Shown: positions 1-11,261 of the stretch, piece after piece
How positions within the stretch are numbered: position 1 is the first letter of the stretch
Layout: each line of letters opens with the position of its first letter
NCBI GenBank assembly: GCA_963818165.1
Contig: CAWFRD010000006.1
Span: 152 to 64,151 of the forward strand
Direction of reading: 5' to 3'
Source: an uncultured Alphaproteobacteria bacterium
GTDB lineage: Bacteria; Pseudomonadota; Alphaproteobacteria; Rhizobiales; Methyloligellaceae
DNA: 64,000 nt
Position numbers and translations under genes: made by a program
Notes under the pieces: generated by a model
What the model was told of the DNA's origin: nothing
Seen by the model: only the letters and a program-made list of their open reading frames with translations
Database searches by the model: none

Positions 1-207
1 CGGCCTCGCGAAAGCGGGGTTAAACCACGGGCCGGCCCGCGAAAACCGCCTTCCTTTGGCCGATTTTACCGCCTCTTATGCTTTGAGCCCTTACCTTGAC
101 GCTGGGCGCCTGAGCGGGTGGAGCTTGAGAGGTTAGGGGGCTCGACTTGGGGGGATGCCGACACAAGGCCGTGAACATGTGAGGCGTCGCGTTCGTAGAG
201 GGGCGGC

Positions 208-3200
208 GTGGCCCTCGTGGTGTGGCGCAAGTTCGCCCGCCCGGTGCGGAGCGAGGCGTGCGTATCGGGCTTGGTCGCGGCGGGATCTGACGGAATGAGC
301 GAAGCGATCGCAGGCGCTCTCTCGAAACTGACCACCGAGAGTGGCAGAGCGATCCAGGCATTGCGCGCATGGGCGCGCGCGGTCACGCTCCGCGGACGGA
401 GGGAGGGACAGGCCTGGTGGCGCGCCGGCATGGATCGGCTCGGTGCCCGCAACATTTCGGACCAGCCGATCTCGAACGCCCTCATCAAGCTGACCGCGGA
501 GAGCAGCAAAGTAATCCTCGCTTTGCCCGAGCGGAGCCGGGCGCTCGTAAAACGCGTTCCCGAGCCGGTTCAGATCGAACTCAAGAAACTGTCCTCGCGC
601 GGCGCGCATGTGACCCGGGAAATTTTCGCCGGCATTCTCGTGGTGGGACTGGTTGTCATCGTTCTCGGCTATGGCCGGCTTGCCCGCGGCCCCGTCTCTC
701 TCGCGGGCCTTGTCCCCACCATCGAGGTGGCGATCAACCGCGAACTTGCCGGGGTCAGCGTCAAGATCGACGACGCCATCCTGCAGCGGGCGCCCGACGG
801 GCCGGGCGTGCTGTTCCGTCTGCGCAATATCCGTCTGGTTGACGAAAACGGCGCGATCCTCGCCCAAGCGCCGCTTGCGGCCATCGGCATGAGCGGAAGC
901 GCGCTTCTGTCCGGGCGGCTCGCGCCAGGAAGCGTCGACTTCATCGGCACGCGGCTCCTGCTCACCCACGAGCCCGGCCGGGGCCTGTCGCTCAGCTTCT
1001 CGCGTCCGGCTTCGAGTGGCGCCGAGCCGATGCTCCCCGATGGCTCGCCGCCGCAAGAAGCGGCCGCACCGGCGGACGGAATGCGCGGGCCGGAATCGGT
1101 GATCGTCAAGCGTCAAGCCGAGCGTCCGGGCGGCGGACAGGTGCTCGACGTGACGCGCACGGTCGCGGAAGTGTTCGAGCGGGCGCGCAAGGGCGACACC
1201 TCCTATTTGACGCGGTTCGGCGTTCAGGATGCGCTCGTCGTGCTCACTCATGGCGGCACGCAGACGTCATGGCAAGTGCCCGACTTCTCCATCGATCTTG
1301 AGCATTATAACGAGCGCAGCGTTCTCGTCGGCCAAGCCAATATCGCCTCCGCCAAGGGCGATTGGCAGCTCGAGATGCGCGCGGCGGAGCAGAGGCGGCG
1401 CCAGAGCCTCGCCGTCACCGCGTTGATCCAGAATCTCGTGCCGTCGGGGATAGCCGGAAACTTCTCCTCGCTTGGCCTGCTCAGGGCTTTCGACATGGTG
1501 GTGAATGGCCAGGCGAGCGTCGAGCTTTCCAATGACGGGGACTTCGTGTCGGGCGAGGCTGATTTCGGTCTGGACACCGGACAGATCACCCCGCCCTGGG
1601 ATCCCGACAGTCCGTTGCGGATCGACGGCGGGCGCTTGAAGGTGCGCTATCTCGAGGCGAAGGACGCAATTGAAATCGCCCCTTCGACGCTGGTTTGGGG
1701 ACAAAGCCGCGCAACCTTCACCGGCATGTTCCGGCCCGAGCGCGGCCAAGGCGGCGCGCCTGTGGCGTGGAATTTCGACCTCAGGGCGAGCCCGGCGGCG
1801 CTCGCGGTCGAGGAGTTTGGCCTCGCCCCGATGAAAGTCGATGAGTGGCGGGCGACGGGAAGCTTCATTCCGCAAGAGGGCCGCATCAACCTCACGCGCT
1901 TCGTCATTCGCGCGGGCGACGCCTCGATCGCGCTTGCCGGCACGGCGGTCGATCGGGCCGGGGCTGAGGACGTTCGTCTCGCAGGCGAGCTGAGCCCGAT
2001 GCCGCTCGATGTTCTCAAGCGGTTCTGGCCGAAATTTCTCGCGGGCAAGGCCCGCGCCTGGGTGTTGGAGCGCGTGAGTGGAGGCCAGGTCCTGGGCGGC
2101 AAGTTCGCCGTCAATCTCGGTCCGGCCGAGGTCGCCAAGCTCAAGGCCGGAGGTGAGGTTCCTCCGGAGGCGGTCAGCGTCGATCTGAAGCTTTCCGGAA
2201 TGAGCATCGCCTATCTCGCGGAGATGCCGCCGATCGTCACCTCTGACGCCACGCTGACCGTGTCCGGGACGGTATTCGCCGTCGATATTCCCGCGGGCAA
2301 GATCACCGCGCCATCGGGCCGGGCGATCGCGCTCAGCCAAGGCCGCTTTTTCATTCCGGACCTCCGCACCGATCCGCAACAGGGCGACATCGTTTTCAAG
2401 GCAGGCGGCGAGACGCCGGCCGTGCTTGAGCTCCTCGATCACGAACCGCTCGGCTATCTGCAAAGCGTCGGAATGAAGCCCGACTTTCTCGGAGGCACGG
2501 CCGAAGGAGACTTTGTCCTGTCGATGCCGCTCTTGGCCGATCTCACCTTCGAGCAGATCAAGGTCAACGGCCAGGCGCGCCTGAATGATGCGCTTTCCGG
2601 CAATCTCACCGGCAATATCGACGTAGAGGGCGGTTCGCTCGAGGTGAACCTTACCGATCAGGGGTTGCAGGCCATGGGCGCGATCAGCATCAAGGGCGTT
2701 CCGGCCGAACTATCCTGGCAACGCGTCTTCCATGCGCCCGATGCCGAGCAGCCGCCAATCCAGGTTACCGCGCGCCTCGATGCCGCAACGCGCGAACAGC
2801 TCGGACTCAAAGTGAACCATCTGGTGAAAGGACCGACGCCCGTCATCTTGCGCGTGGCGCGGCTCGGCACGAACACCCCGACGGTCATGGCGCTCGAAGC
2901 CGATCTCACCGAGGCGCAGCTTCTGTTCGGCGGCCTGGGCTGGACCAAGCCTGCCGGCCGTGCCGCCACTCTTCAGCTCGACTTTGTGCCGCAGGATGAT
3001 GGCTCGACGGTTCTCGACAATCTCAAGGTCCTCGGCGACGAAATCGACATCCAGGGCGGCGTCGCCCTTGATGCCGAACAGCATCTCAAGGAATTTCACT
3101 TCTCCGATTTCTCCGTCAGCAGCCTGACCCATGTCCAGATCAGCGCGGTTGTTCGCGATGACCAGGTGCTCGAAATTACAGCCGAAGGCCCGAGCTATGA

Positions 3201-4125
3201 CGGCAGACAATTCTTCGAATCGCTGCTCTCAGCCGGCCAACTCGAGGGGTCCGAGGAGCCTGACGAACCGTTCGGCGTCGATTTGACCGCCAAGATCGGC
3301 ACGGTTGTCGGCTTCTTCGACACAACGGCGAACAACGTTGAAGTGACCATGAAGAAACGCAACGGCCGGGTCGTCGCCCTCGACGCCAAGGCCGAGCTGA
3401 ACCGCAAGGCGCCCGCCGCGGTGCGGCTCGTGCAAAAAGAGGGCGCGCGCATGGTCGAAGCCGAAGCCCGCAACGCGGGCGATGCGTTCCGCCTCGTCGG
3501 ATTCTATCCGAGTGTCGAAGGCGGTGAGGCATCGCTTCAAGTCAATCTCGACGCCGGCGGATCCGGAACCAAGAGCGGGACGTTGTGGGCGCGCGATTTC
3601 GTCGTGCTCGGCGATTCCGTCGTGGGCGAAGTTCTCACCGACCCGAACTCGGCTGCGGTTTTGGGACCAAGCCAGCGCAAGCAGCAAGTGACCCGGCAGC
3701 GCCTCGCCTTCAATCAGTTGCGTGCGCCGTTTTCCGTCGGCGGGGGCAAGTTCCGCCTGCACGACGCGTACATCAACGGGCCGCTGCTTGGAGCGACCAT
3801 GCGCGGCACGGTCGATTTCAAGGCGGAGATGGTCGAGCTTGGAGGCACCTATGTGCCCCTTTACGGTCTGAACTCGGCGCTCGGTTCGATCCCGCTCCTT
3901 GGCCGCGTGCTGGTCGGCCGCGAGGGCGAAGGCGTGGTCGGCATCACCTTCGCCATCAAAGGCAAGCTCGACGACCCGGCCGTGCTGGTCAATCCGATGT
4001 CGGTGATGACGCCGGGCATCTTCCGGCAGATTTTTGAGTTCACGGGCACGGTCCCCAATCCTAATGCCAAGCCCGAGGCATCGTCTTACGTGCTGCCCGG
4101 CCAATTCGGGCAGCCGGCTCAGTAA
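208..4125 (+). CDS. AsmA-like/YhdP (DUF3971) bridge-like lipid transfer family protein
   Basis: 1305 aa ORF; single TM near N-terminus, then GPVSL motif; C-terminal G.YVP.YGLN...IP.LG..L.G.EGEG..GITFAI.G....P...VNP.S..TPG.FR.IF typical of AsmA_2; start uncertain. Confidence 0.8.
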   Translation: MALVVWRKFARPVRSEACVSGLVAAGSDGMSEAIAGALSKLTTESGRAIQALRAWARAVTLRGRREGQAWWRAGMDRLGARNISDQPISNALIKLTAESSKVILALPERSRALVKRVPEPVQIELKKLSSRGAHVTREIFAGILVVGLVVIVLGYGRLARGPVSLAGLVPTIEVAINRELAGVSVKIDDAILQRAPDGPGVLFRLRNIRLVDENGAILAQAPLAAIGMSGSALLSGRLAPGSVDFIGTRLLLTHEPGRGLSLSFSRPASSGAEPMLPDGSPPQEAAAPADGMRGPESVIVKRQAERPGGGQVLDVTRTVAEVFERARKGDTSYLTRFGVQDALVVLTHGGTQTSWQVPDFSIDLEHYNERSVLVGQANIASAKGDWQLEMRAAEQRRRQSLAVTALIQNLVPSGIAGNFSSLGLLRAFDMVVNGQASVELSNDGDFVSGEADFGLDTGQITPPWDPDSPLRIDGGRLKVRYLEAKDAIEIAPSTLVWGQSRATFTGMFRPERGQGGAPVAWNFDLRASPAALAVEEFGLAPMKVDEWRATGSFIPQEGRINLTRFVIRAGDASIALAGTAVDRAGAEDVRLAGELSPMPLDVLKRFWPKFLAGKARAWVLERVSGGQVLGGKFAVNLGPAEVAKLKAGGEVPPEAVSVDLKLSGMSIAYLAEMPPIVTSDATLTVSGTVFAVDIPAGKITAPSGRAIALSQGRFFIPDLRTDPQQGDIVFKAGGETPAVLELLDHEPLGYLQSVGMKPDFLGGTAEGDFVLSMPLLADLTFEQIKVNGQARLNDALSGNLTGNIDVEGGSLEVNLTDQGLQAMGAISIKGVPAELSWQRVFHAPDAEQPPIQVTARLDAATREQLGLKVNHLVKGPTPVILRVARLGTNTPTVMALEADLTEAQLLFGGLGWTKPAGRAATLQLDFVPQDDGSTVLDNLKVLGDEIDIQGGVALDAEQHLKEFHFSDFSVSSLTHVQISAVVRDDQVLEITAEGPSYDGRQFFESLLSAGQLEGSEEPDEPFGVDLTAKIGTVVGFFDTTANNVEVTMKKRNGRVVALDAKAELNRKAPAAVRLVQKEGARMVEAEARNAGDAFRLVGFYPSVEGGEASLQVNLDAGGSGTKSGTLWARDFVVLGDSVVGEVLTDPNSAAVLGPSQRKQQVTRQRLAFNQLRAPFSVGGGKFRLHDAYINGPLLGATMRGTVDFKAEMVELGGTYVPLYGLNSALGSIPLLGRVLVGREGEGVVGITFAIKGKLDDPAVLVNPMSVMTPGIFRQIFEFTGTVPNPNAKPEASSYVLPGQFGQPAQ

Positions 4126-4129
4126 CCGT

Positions 4130-5383
4130 TCACACCGGCCTGATGAGAGCGTGCCGCTTCTTGCCGAGCGAGAGCTTGATGACGCCCTCCGGCGTGAGAT
4201 CGGCGAGCGTCAATTTCTGTCGTTCATCGGTCACAGCCACATCGTTGACCTTAATGCCGCCGCTTCTGATATGACGCCGCGCCTCGCCGGTCGAGGCGAC
4301 GAAACCGGCATGGGCGCTGGCGGTGAGCACGCCCCAGCCCTTTTCCAGCTCCGAGCGGGGAACCTCGATCGTGGGCAGCGTGACGGCGATCTCGCCTTGC
4401 TCGAAGGTCGCCCGCGCCGTCTCGGCCGCGCGGTCGGCGGCGTCGCGCCCGTGGATGAGCGCGGTCGCTTCGGTCGCGAGAATCTTCTTCGCTTCGTTGA
4501 GCTCCGCGCCGCGAAGCGCGGCGAGCTTTGCGATCTCCTTGAGGGGAAATTCGGTGAACAGCTTGAGGAAGCGCTCGACGTCGGCATCCTCGCTGTTCCG
4601 CCAATACTGCCAATAGTCGTAAGGGGAGACCATATCGGCGTTGAGCCATACGGCACCGGCCGCGGTCTTTCCCATCTTGGCGCCCGATGACGTGGTGAGC
4701 AGGGGAGAGGTGAGCCCGAACAGCTCAGCCCCGTCGGTGCGGCGCCCGAGTTCGATGCCACTCACGATGTTGCCCCACTGGTCCGATCCGCCAAGCTGCA
4801 GGCGGCAGCCATGACGCCGGTAGAGTTCGACGAAGTCATAAGCCTGGAGCACCATGTAGTTGAACTCGATGAAGCTCAGCGGCTGCTCGCGCTCAAGCCT
4901 GAGCTTGACCGAATCGTAGGTCAGCATGCGGTTGACGCTGAAATGGCGGCCGTAGTCTCGCAGGAAGTCGATGTAGTTCAAGCCGTCGAGCCAGTCGGCG
5001 TTGTTGATCATGAGCGCGTCATTAGCGCCGTGACCGAAGCTCAGGAATTTAGCGAAGACCCGCTCGATGCCGGCGATATTCGCGGCGATCTCGGTATCGC
5101 TCAGGAGCTTGCGTGCTTCGTCCTTGCCGGACGGGTCTCCGACCTTGGTCGTGCCCCCGCCTATGAGCACGATCGGCTGGTGCCCGGTCTGTTGCAACTT
5201 GCGCAGCATCATGATGCTGACGAGGTTGCCGACATGGAGCGAAGGGGCGGTGCAGTCGAAACCGATATAGCCGGTCACGCGCTCCGTACGCGCGAGCCGG
5301 TCGAGCCCCGCCTCGTCGGTCGCCTGGTGGATATAGCCCCGCGCCGCGAGCTCCTGCAGGAGGTCCGTTTTGAGCTTGCTCAT
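4130..5383 (-). CDS. tyrS: tyrosine--tRNA ligase
   Basis: [16 protein letters not shown] (HIGH), [15 protein letters not shown] (KMSKS), C-terminal S4 domain. Confidence 0.97.
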   Translation of the reverse strand: MSKLKTDLLQELAARGYIHQATDEAGLDRLARTERVTGYIGFDCTAPSLHVGNLVSIMMLRKLQQTGHQPIVLIGGGTTKVGDPSGKDEARKLLSDTEIAANIAGIERVFAKFLSFGHGANDALMINNADWLDGLNYIDFLRDYGRHFSVNRMLTYDSVKLRLEREQPLSFIEFNYMVLQAYDFVELYRRHGCRLQLGGSDQWGNIVSGIELGRRTDGAELFGLTSPLLTTSSGAKMGKTAAGAVWLNADMVSPYDYWQYWRNSEDADVERFLKLFTEFPLKEIAKLAALRGAELNEAKKILATEATALIHGRDAADRAAETARATFEQGEIAVTLPTIEVPRSELEKGWGVLTASAHAGFVASTGEARRHIRSGGIKVNDVAVTDERQKLTLADLTPEGVIKLSLGKKRHALIRPV

Positions 5384-5482
5384 GGGGCGCGGGGCTATAC
5401 GATTGGAACCGCAAAGCCTGTAGCAGCTTTGCCGCGAGATTGCACGGGAGCGAGGGCGAGAGGCGGGGGCTCTGGTAGCGCC

Positions 5483-6151
5483 CTAAGCGGCCGTGTCTTT
5501 CCGCTTTTTCGACTTGCCGAGCCGCTTATCGAGGTAGTGATCGACCACCTCCATCAGCCCCTCCATCCGGCCTTCGAAGAAATGGTTCGCCTCGGGCACG
5601 GTCGCGTGGTCGATCACGATGCCCTTTTGCGTCTTGAGACGCTCCACGAGCCCGCGCACCGATTCCGTTGGCACGACTCGATCTTTCGCTCCGTTGACCA
5701 TCAGGCCCGAGGACGGGCACGGGGCAAGAAAGGTGAAGTCGTAGAGATTGGCGGGGGGCGCCACCGAAATGAAACCCTCGATCTCGGGGCGCCGCATCAG
5801 GAGCTGCATGCCGATCCACGCGCCGAACGAGACACCGGCGATCCAGCAGGTCGCGGCGTCGGTGTTGTAGGCCTGCAGCCAGTCGAGCGCGGTGGCGGCG
5901 TCGGCGAGCTCGCCGGGGCCGTTGTCGAACAGGCCCTCGCTGCGCCCGACGCCGCGAAAATTGAAGCGAAGCACCGAGAAGCCGCGCCGCTGGAAAGCGT
6001 AGTACAGGTGATAGACCACCTGGTTGTTCATAGTGCCGCCGAATTGCGGGTGCGGATGGAGGATGAGCGCGACCGGGGCGTTGGGCCCGGCTTCGTGGTG
6101 GTAGCGGGCCTCGATCCGCCCGGCGGGACCGCTGATATTCACTTCAGGCAT
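5483..6151 (-). CDS. alpha/beta hydrolase conserved upstream of alphaproteobacterial suf operons
   Basis: LHPHPQFGGTMNN, RFNFRGVGRS, GVSFGAW nucleophile elbow, ANHFF. Confidence 0.9.
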   Translation of the reverse strand: MPEVNISGPAGRIEARYHHEAGPNAPVALILHPHPQFGGTMNNQVVYHLYYAFQRRGFSVLRFNFRGVGRSEGLFDNGPGELADAATALDWLQAYNTDAATCWIAGVSFGAWIGMQLLMRRPEIEGFISVAPPANLYDFTFLAPCPSSGLMVNGAKDRVVPTESVRGLVERLKTQKGIVIDHATVPEANHFFEGRMEGLMEVVDHYLDKRLGKSKKRKDTAA

Positions 6152-6243
6152 GAACGACTGGCCTCGACACGATTTTGGTCATGGAAATCCGCGTTGGCGT
6201 TCCACGCGGAAGGATTTGGGAAGGGGCAACGAAGGCTGCAAAC

Positions 6244-6298
6244 TTGACTCTGCCGTGCGGCAAACCTATACCCTTTGTGAGATTAGAATTGTTCCAAA
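6244..6298 (+). promoter_or_regulatory. sigma70-like promoter plus iron control element (ICE, Irr site) for suf operon
   Basis: TTGACT(6244)-N17-TATACC(6267); ATTAGAATTGTTCCAAA at 6282-6298 resembles ICE TTTRGAAYNRTTCYAAA. Confidence 0.7.
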
Positions 6299-6425
6299 CA
6301 AGCCGCTCCCGGATAGCTGGGCGCTTGGAGCGGCTGAAACGTCAGGCCGCGCTTCATAGCACGCGCCAAGGGGGCTCGTGCAAGCGTTAACCGTCTGCGA
6401 GTAGCCGCCGCCGCTACGTGAGAGC

Positions 6426-7568
6426 ATGAACCAGCGCTCCTATCTCGATTATAACGCCACCGCGCCCATTAGGGACGAAGTGCGCACAGCCGTCGCTGAG
6501 GCGCTTGCGCTTCCCGGCAATCCGTCCTCGGTTCATGCCGAGGGACGCGCCGCGCGTAGCGCGGTCGAGGCGGCGCGCGAGAAGGTGGCCGCACTCGCCG
6601 GCGCGCGGCCCAAGGACGTTGTCTTCACGAGCGGGGCGACCGAAGCAAATGCGCTCGCGCTTGCGGCGCGCCAAACGGAGAAGTGGCACTGCTACGTTTC
6701 GGCGGTCGAGCATCCTTCCGCGCTTTGCGGCGGAAGGTTCGCGCCTCGGAGCGTCACGCGTTTTCCCGTCACGACCGACGGGGTTGCCGATCTGGAAATC
6801 CTTGCCGAGCAGCTTCAGGAGTCGCTGCGGGCGGGCGAGAAGTCTTTCGTCTCGCTGATGACGGCCAACAACGAAACCGGTGCAATCCAGCCGGTGACGG
6901 AGGCCGCGCGGATTGTTCATGACGCGGGCGGGATCCTCCACACCGACGCGGTCCAAGCCGCGGGACGGATCACGCTCGACATCGCGGCGCTCGGCGCCGA
7001 TCTCTTGAGCCTCTCGGCGCACAAGATCGGCGGTCCCAAGGGCGTTGGCGCTCTCATGCTCGGACGAGGGGGCGCTGTCGAGCCTCTGATGAAGGGCGGG
7101 AGCCAGGAGCGGCGCCGCCGCGCCGGAACGGAGAATGTCGCCGGCATCGTCGGGTTTGGCGTGGCGGCCGAGCTTGCCTTGGCGGACCTCGCCAAGGTGG
7201 GCGAGATCGCAAGGCTGCGCGATGAGCTTGAGCGTGGTGCTCTCGCGCTCGCGCCCGGCGCCGTCGTGCTCTCCGCAAACGTCGCGCGCCTCCCCAACAC
7301 GACCTGCCTTGCCGTGCCGGGCGTCAAGGCCGAGACGCTCGTGATCGGGCTCGATCTCGCCGGCGTCGCCGTGAGCGCGGGCAGCGCCTGCTCCTCCGGC
7401 AAGGTCGAGGCGTCGCATGTTCTCGGCGCGATGGGCGTCGCGGACGAGCTTCAGCAGGGAGCGATCCGCTTAAGCCTTGGTTTTGGCACCGTGAATGCCG
7501 ATATCAATAGTTTCCTCAAGGCTTTTGGCGAGCTTATTCGGCGGCTCAGGCCAAGAGCGGCGGCCTAG
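6426..7568 (+). CDS. iscS: cysteine desulfurase, IscS/NifS class
   Basis: YLDYNATAP, GNPSSVH, SAHKIGGPKG (PLP Lys), GSACSSG catalytic Cys. Confidence 0.92.
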   Translation: MNQRSYLDYNATAPIRDEVRTAVAEALALPGNPSSVHAEGRAARSAVEAAREKVAALAGARPKDVVFTSGATEANALALAARQTEKWHCYVSAVEHPSALCGGRFAPRSVTRFPVTTDGVADLEILAEQLQESLRAGEKSFVSLMTANNETGAIQPVTEAARIVHDAGGILHTDAVQAAGRITLDIAALGADLLSLSAHKIGGPKGVGALMLGRGGAVEPLMKGGSQERRRRAGTENVAGIVGFGVAAELALADLAKVGEIARLRDELERGALALAPGAVVLSANVARLPNTTCLAVPGVKAETLVIGLDLAGVAVSAGSACSSGKVEASHVLGAMGVADELQQGAIRLSLGFGTVNADINSFLKAFGELIRRLRPRAAA

Positions 7569-7598
7569 AGCGCCGCGCAAGACGAACGGAGAAGAGAC

Positions 7599-9080
7599 AT
7601 GCCCGCCGTGCAGGAAACTGTCGCCCGCGTCAAAGAGATCGACGTCGACCAGTACAAATACGGCTTCACCACCGAGATCGAGTCGGTCAAGGCGCCGAAG
7701 GGCCTGAACGAGGACGTGGTCCGGTTCATCTCGGCCAAGAAGGGCGAGCCCGATTGGCTACTCGCCTGGAGGCTCGATGCCTATCGCCGCTGGCTTACCT
7801 TGGAAGAGCCGACTTGGGCCAACGTTCACTACCCAAAGATCGCCTTCCAGGAGCTCTATTACTATGCCGCGCCAAAGAGCACGGAGGGGCCGAAGCGACT
7901 CGAGGAGGTCGATCCCGAGCTGCTCAGGACCTATGCACGCCTCGGCATTCCGCTCTCCGAGCAGAAGGTGCTCGCGGGCGTCGAGGGCGCGCGGCTTGAG
8001 GGCCGGGTCGCCGTCGATGCCGTGTTCGACTCCGTCTCCGTCGTGACGACCTTCAAGGAAGAGCTGGCCAAGGCCGGCGTGATCTTCTCCTCGGTGTCGG
8101 AAGCGGTGAAGACCCATCCGGAGCTTGTGCGCCGGTATCTCGGCTCGGTCGTCCCCATCACCGACAATTTCTACGCCACGCTCAACTCGGCGGTGTTCTC
8201 CGACGGAAGCTTCGTCTATGTGCCGCCGGGCGTCCGTTGCCCGATGGAGCTTTCCACCTATTTCCGCATCAACGAGAAGCAGACCGGCCAGTTCGAGCGC
8301 ACGCTCATCATCGCCGACAAGGGCGCTTACGTGAGCTACCTCGAAGGCTGCACCGCGCCGATGCGGGACGAGAACCAGCTTCACGCCGCCGTGGTCGAGC
8401 TTGTCGCGCTCGACGACGCCGAGATCAAATATTCCACGGTGCAGAACTGGTACCCCGGCGACAAGCAGGGGAAGGGCGGTATCTACAATTTCGTCACCAA
8501 GCGCGGCGATTGCCGCGGTCCCCGCTCCAAGATCTCCTGGACGCAGGTCGAGACCGGCTCGGCCATCACTTGGAAATATCCGAGCTGCATCCTGCGCGGC
8601 GACGGCAGCAGAGGCGAGTTCTACTCGATCGCCATCTCCAACGGCTATCAGCAGGTCGATTCCGGCACCAAGATGATCCATCTCGGGCGCGACACGTCGA
8701 GCCGCATCATCTCCAAGGGCATCGCCGCCGGCCACTCCAACAACACCTATCGCGGGCTGGTTTCGGCGCATCGCCGCGCCGCGAACGCGCGCAACTTCAC
8801 CAATTGCGACTCGCTCCTTATCGGCGACAAATGCGGCGCGCATACCGTGCCCTATATCGAGGCGAAGAACGCGAGCGCCACGTTCGAGCACGAGGCGACC
8901 ACCTCGAAGATTTCCGACGACCAGCTGTTCTATTGCCTGAGCCGCGGGCTGTCGGCGGAGGAGGCGGTGGCGCTGATCGTCAACGGCTTCGTCCGCGACG
9001 TGCTCCAGCAGCTTCCGATGGAGTTCATGGCCGAGACGCAGAAGCTGATCGGCATCAGCCTGGAGGGCTCGGTTGGCTAA
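7599..9080 (+). CDS. sufB: Fe-S cluster assembly protein SufB
   Basis: [41 protein letters not shown]. Confidence 0.97.
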   Translation: MPAVQETVARVKEIDVDQYKYGFTTEIESVKAPKGLNEDVVRFISAKKGEPDWLLAWRLDAYRRWLTLEEPTWANVHYPKIAFQELYYYAAPKSTEGPKRLEEVDPELLRTYARLGIPLSEQKVLAGVEGARLEGRVAVDAVFDSVSVVTTFKEELAKAGVIFSSVSEAVKTHPELVRRYLGSVVPITDNFYATLNSAVFSDGSFVYVPPGVRCPMELSTYFRINEKQTGQFERTLIIADKGAYVSYLEGCTAPMRDENQLHAAVVELVALDDAEIKYSTVQNWYPGDKQGKGGIYNFVTKRGDCRGPRSKISWTQVETGSAITWKYPSCILRGDGSRGEFYSIAISNGYQQVDSGTKMIHLGRDTSSRIISKGIAAGHSNNTYRGLVSAHRRAANARNFTNCDSLLIGDKCGAHTVPYIEAKNASATFEHEATTSKISDDQLFYCLSRGLSAEEAVALIVNGFVRDVLQQLPMEFMAETQKLIGISLEGSVG

Positions 9081-9153
9081 GCTGGTGCCCTTGTGCTGTG
9101 CGCGGAAGAGATCGAAAAAGGGTCACGTACCAAGGAATTAGAGAAGAATCATA

Positions 9154-9903
9154 ATGCTTGAGATCAAGAATTTGCACGTCAATGTCGATGGCCGCGAAAT
9201 CCTCAACGGTCTCGACCTCACGCTGCCTCGAGGCGAGGTGCACGCGATCATGGGGCCGAACGGCTCGGGCAAATCGACGCTCGCCTATGTGCTCGCGGGC
9301 AAAGAGGATTACGAGGTGACCGCCGGCTCAGTCACCTGGAACGGCGAGGATTTGCTCGCGATGGCGCCGAGCGAGCGCGCGGCCAAGGGCGTGTTTCTCG
9401 CCTTCCAATATCCGATCGAGATTCCAGGCGTGGCCACCATGACCTTCCTGCGAACGGCGGTGAACGCGGTGCGAAAAGCCCGCGGCGAGCCCGAGCTTTC
9501 GACGCCCGATTTCTTGCGCTTCGTGCGCGAGAAGGCGAAGGCGCTCAAGATCGAGCCCGAGATGCTGAAGCGTCCGCTCAATGTCGGCTTCTCCGGCGGC
9601 GAGAAGAAGCGCAACGAAATTTTGCAAATGGCCCTGCTCGAACCGGCGCTTTGCGTGCTCGACGAGACCGATTCCGGTCTCGACATCGATGCCGTGCGCA
9701 TCGTCGCGGAGGGCGTGAACGCGCTCCGCTCGCCCGAGCGGGCGATGCTCGTCATCACCCACTACCAGCGGCTCTTGAACTACATCGTGCCGGACCGCGT
9801 GCACGTTCTGTCGGAGGGCAGGGTGGCGCGCTCGGGCGGGCCAGAGCTTGCGCTCGAGCTTGAGGAATCGGGCTACGCCGAGTTCGGCGAGGCAGCCGCG
9901 TAG
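9154..9903 (+). CDS. sufC: Fe-S cluster assembly ATPase SufC
   Basis: GPNGSGKST, FSGGEKKRNE, LDETDSGLDID. Confidence 0.97.
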   Translation: MLEIKNLHVNVDGREILNGLDLTLPRGEVHAIMGPNGSGKSTLAYVLAGKEDYEVTAGSVTWNGEDLLAMAPSERAAKGVFLAFQYPIEIPGVATMTFLRTAVNAVRKARGEPELSTPDFLRFVREKAKALKIEPEMLKRPLNVGFSGGEKKRNEILQMALLEPALCVLDETDSGLDIDAVRIVAEGVNALRSPERAMLVITHYQRLLNYIVPDRVHVLSEGRVARSGGPELALELEESGYAEFGEAAA

Positions 9904-9914
9904 GAAAGGCCGTC

Positions 9915-11261
9915 ATGGACCTCCCCGTCCAACAATTCAGGACCAAGGCCGAACAGGGCTATCTCGACCTGTTCGAGGCGGCCGAGAATGAGCTTCCCGG
10001 CGCCCGCGATCCTTTCGTCTCGGAGTTGAGGGCGAAGGCGATCGAGGCTTACGGCAGGCAGGGCCTTCCCCATCGCCGCATCGAGGCCTGGAAATATACC
10101 GACCTCCGCGCGCGGCTGACCGACGTCAATCCGCTTGGCAAGGCGGACGGCGCAGCCGCCGGCAATCCCGAGCTCAACCAGGCGCTCGGTGCGGAAATTG
10201 CGAACCTTCCCGCCTATCGTCTCGTCGTGGTCGAGGGCGATCTCAGGGCCGATCTTTCGGATCTTGTTGGCCTCAAAACGGCCGGTGTCGAGGCGGTCTC
10301 TCTCTGTCTCGCCCTGGAGAAGCCGCCGTCCTGGCTGAAAAAGGCGCTTGCCCACGTCAATCCGCGCGATGACGACGCCGTGCTTGCCCTCAACACAGCG
10401 CTGATGACGGGAGGCGTCGCCATGCGCATCGGCGAGGGCGTGATCCTCGACAAGGCGATCCACCTCATCGAGATCGATGGCCAAGGCGATCCCGCCTCGA
10501 CCTTCACCCGCAACGTCATCGTTGCCGAGCCCGGCAGCTCCGCCACGGTGATCGAGAGCTTCGCGAGCCTCCGGAGCTTGCAGCGCAACGCCGCAACGGA
10601 GTTGAAGCTCGGCGCCAAGGCCGCGGTCAAGCACGTCAAGGTGCAACGGGAAAGCGCCGATGCATTTCATCTGTCCACGTGGCTCGTCGAGCTTGGACCT
10701 GACGCCCGCTACGACGCCTTCCAATTCTCGGCAGGGGCCGCGCTCGCGCGCAATCAGCTCTATTTGCGCTTTGCGGGCGAGGGAGCGGCGGTCGACATTT
10801 CCGGTGCCTTTCTCTTGCGCGACCGGCAGCATTGCGACACGACGCTCTTGGTCGAGCATCGCGTGCCGCGCTGCTTGAGCCGCGAGTTTTTCAAGGGCGT
10901 GCTCGACGGCGATTCGCGCGGGGTGTTCCAGGGCAAGATCATTGTCTCCCCGGGCGCGCAGAAGACGGACGGCAAGCAGATGGCGGGAGCGCTGCTCCTG
11001 TCCGAGATGGCGGAATTCGATTCCAAGCCCGAGCTTGAGATTTTCGCCGACGACGTGGTCTGCGGCCATGGTTCGACCTCTGGCCAGATCGACGATGAGC
11101 TACTGTTCTATCTCGAAGCCCGCGGCATCCCGGAAGCGGAGGCCCGCGCCCTTCTCGTTCAGGCCTTCGTCGGCGAGGCGATCGAGCGCATCGAGGACGA
11201 GGCCTTGCGCGAGGCGCTCGGTAACGCTTCCGCCGCCTGGCTCGGCATTTTGTCCGAGTGA
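9915..11261 (+). CDS. sufD: Fe-S cluster assembly protein SufD
   Basis: EAWKYTDL, AQKTDG, KPELEIFADDVVCGHG. Confidence 0.95.
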   Translation: MDLPVQQFRTKAEQGYLDLFEAAENELPGARDPFVSELRAKAIEAYGRQGLPHRRIEAWKYTDLRARLTDVNPLGKADGAAAGNPELNQALGAEIANLPAYRLVVVEGDLRADLSDLVGLKTAGVEAVSLCLALEKPPSWLKKALAHVNPRDDDAVLALNTALMTGGVAMRIGEGVILDKAIHLIEIDGQGDPASTFTRNVIVAEPGSSATVIESFASLRSLQRNAATELKLGAKAAVKHVKVQRESADAFHLSTWLVELGPDARYDAFQFSAGAALARNQLYLRFAGEGAAVDISGAFLLRDRQHCDTTLLVEHRVPRCLSREFFKGVLDGDSRGVFQGKIIVSPGAQKTDGKQMAGALLLSEMAEFDSKPELEIFADDVVCGHGSTSGQIDDELLFYLEARGIPEAEARALLVQAFVGEAIERIEDEALREALGNASAAWLGILSE

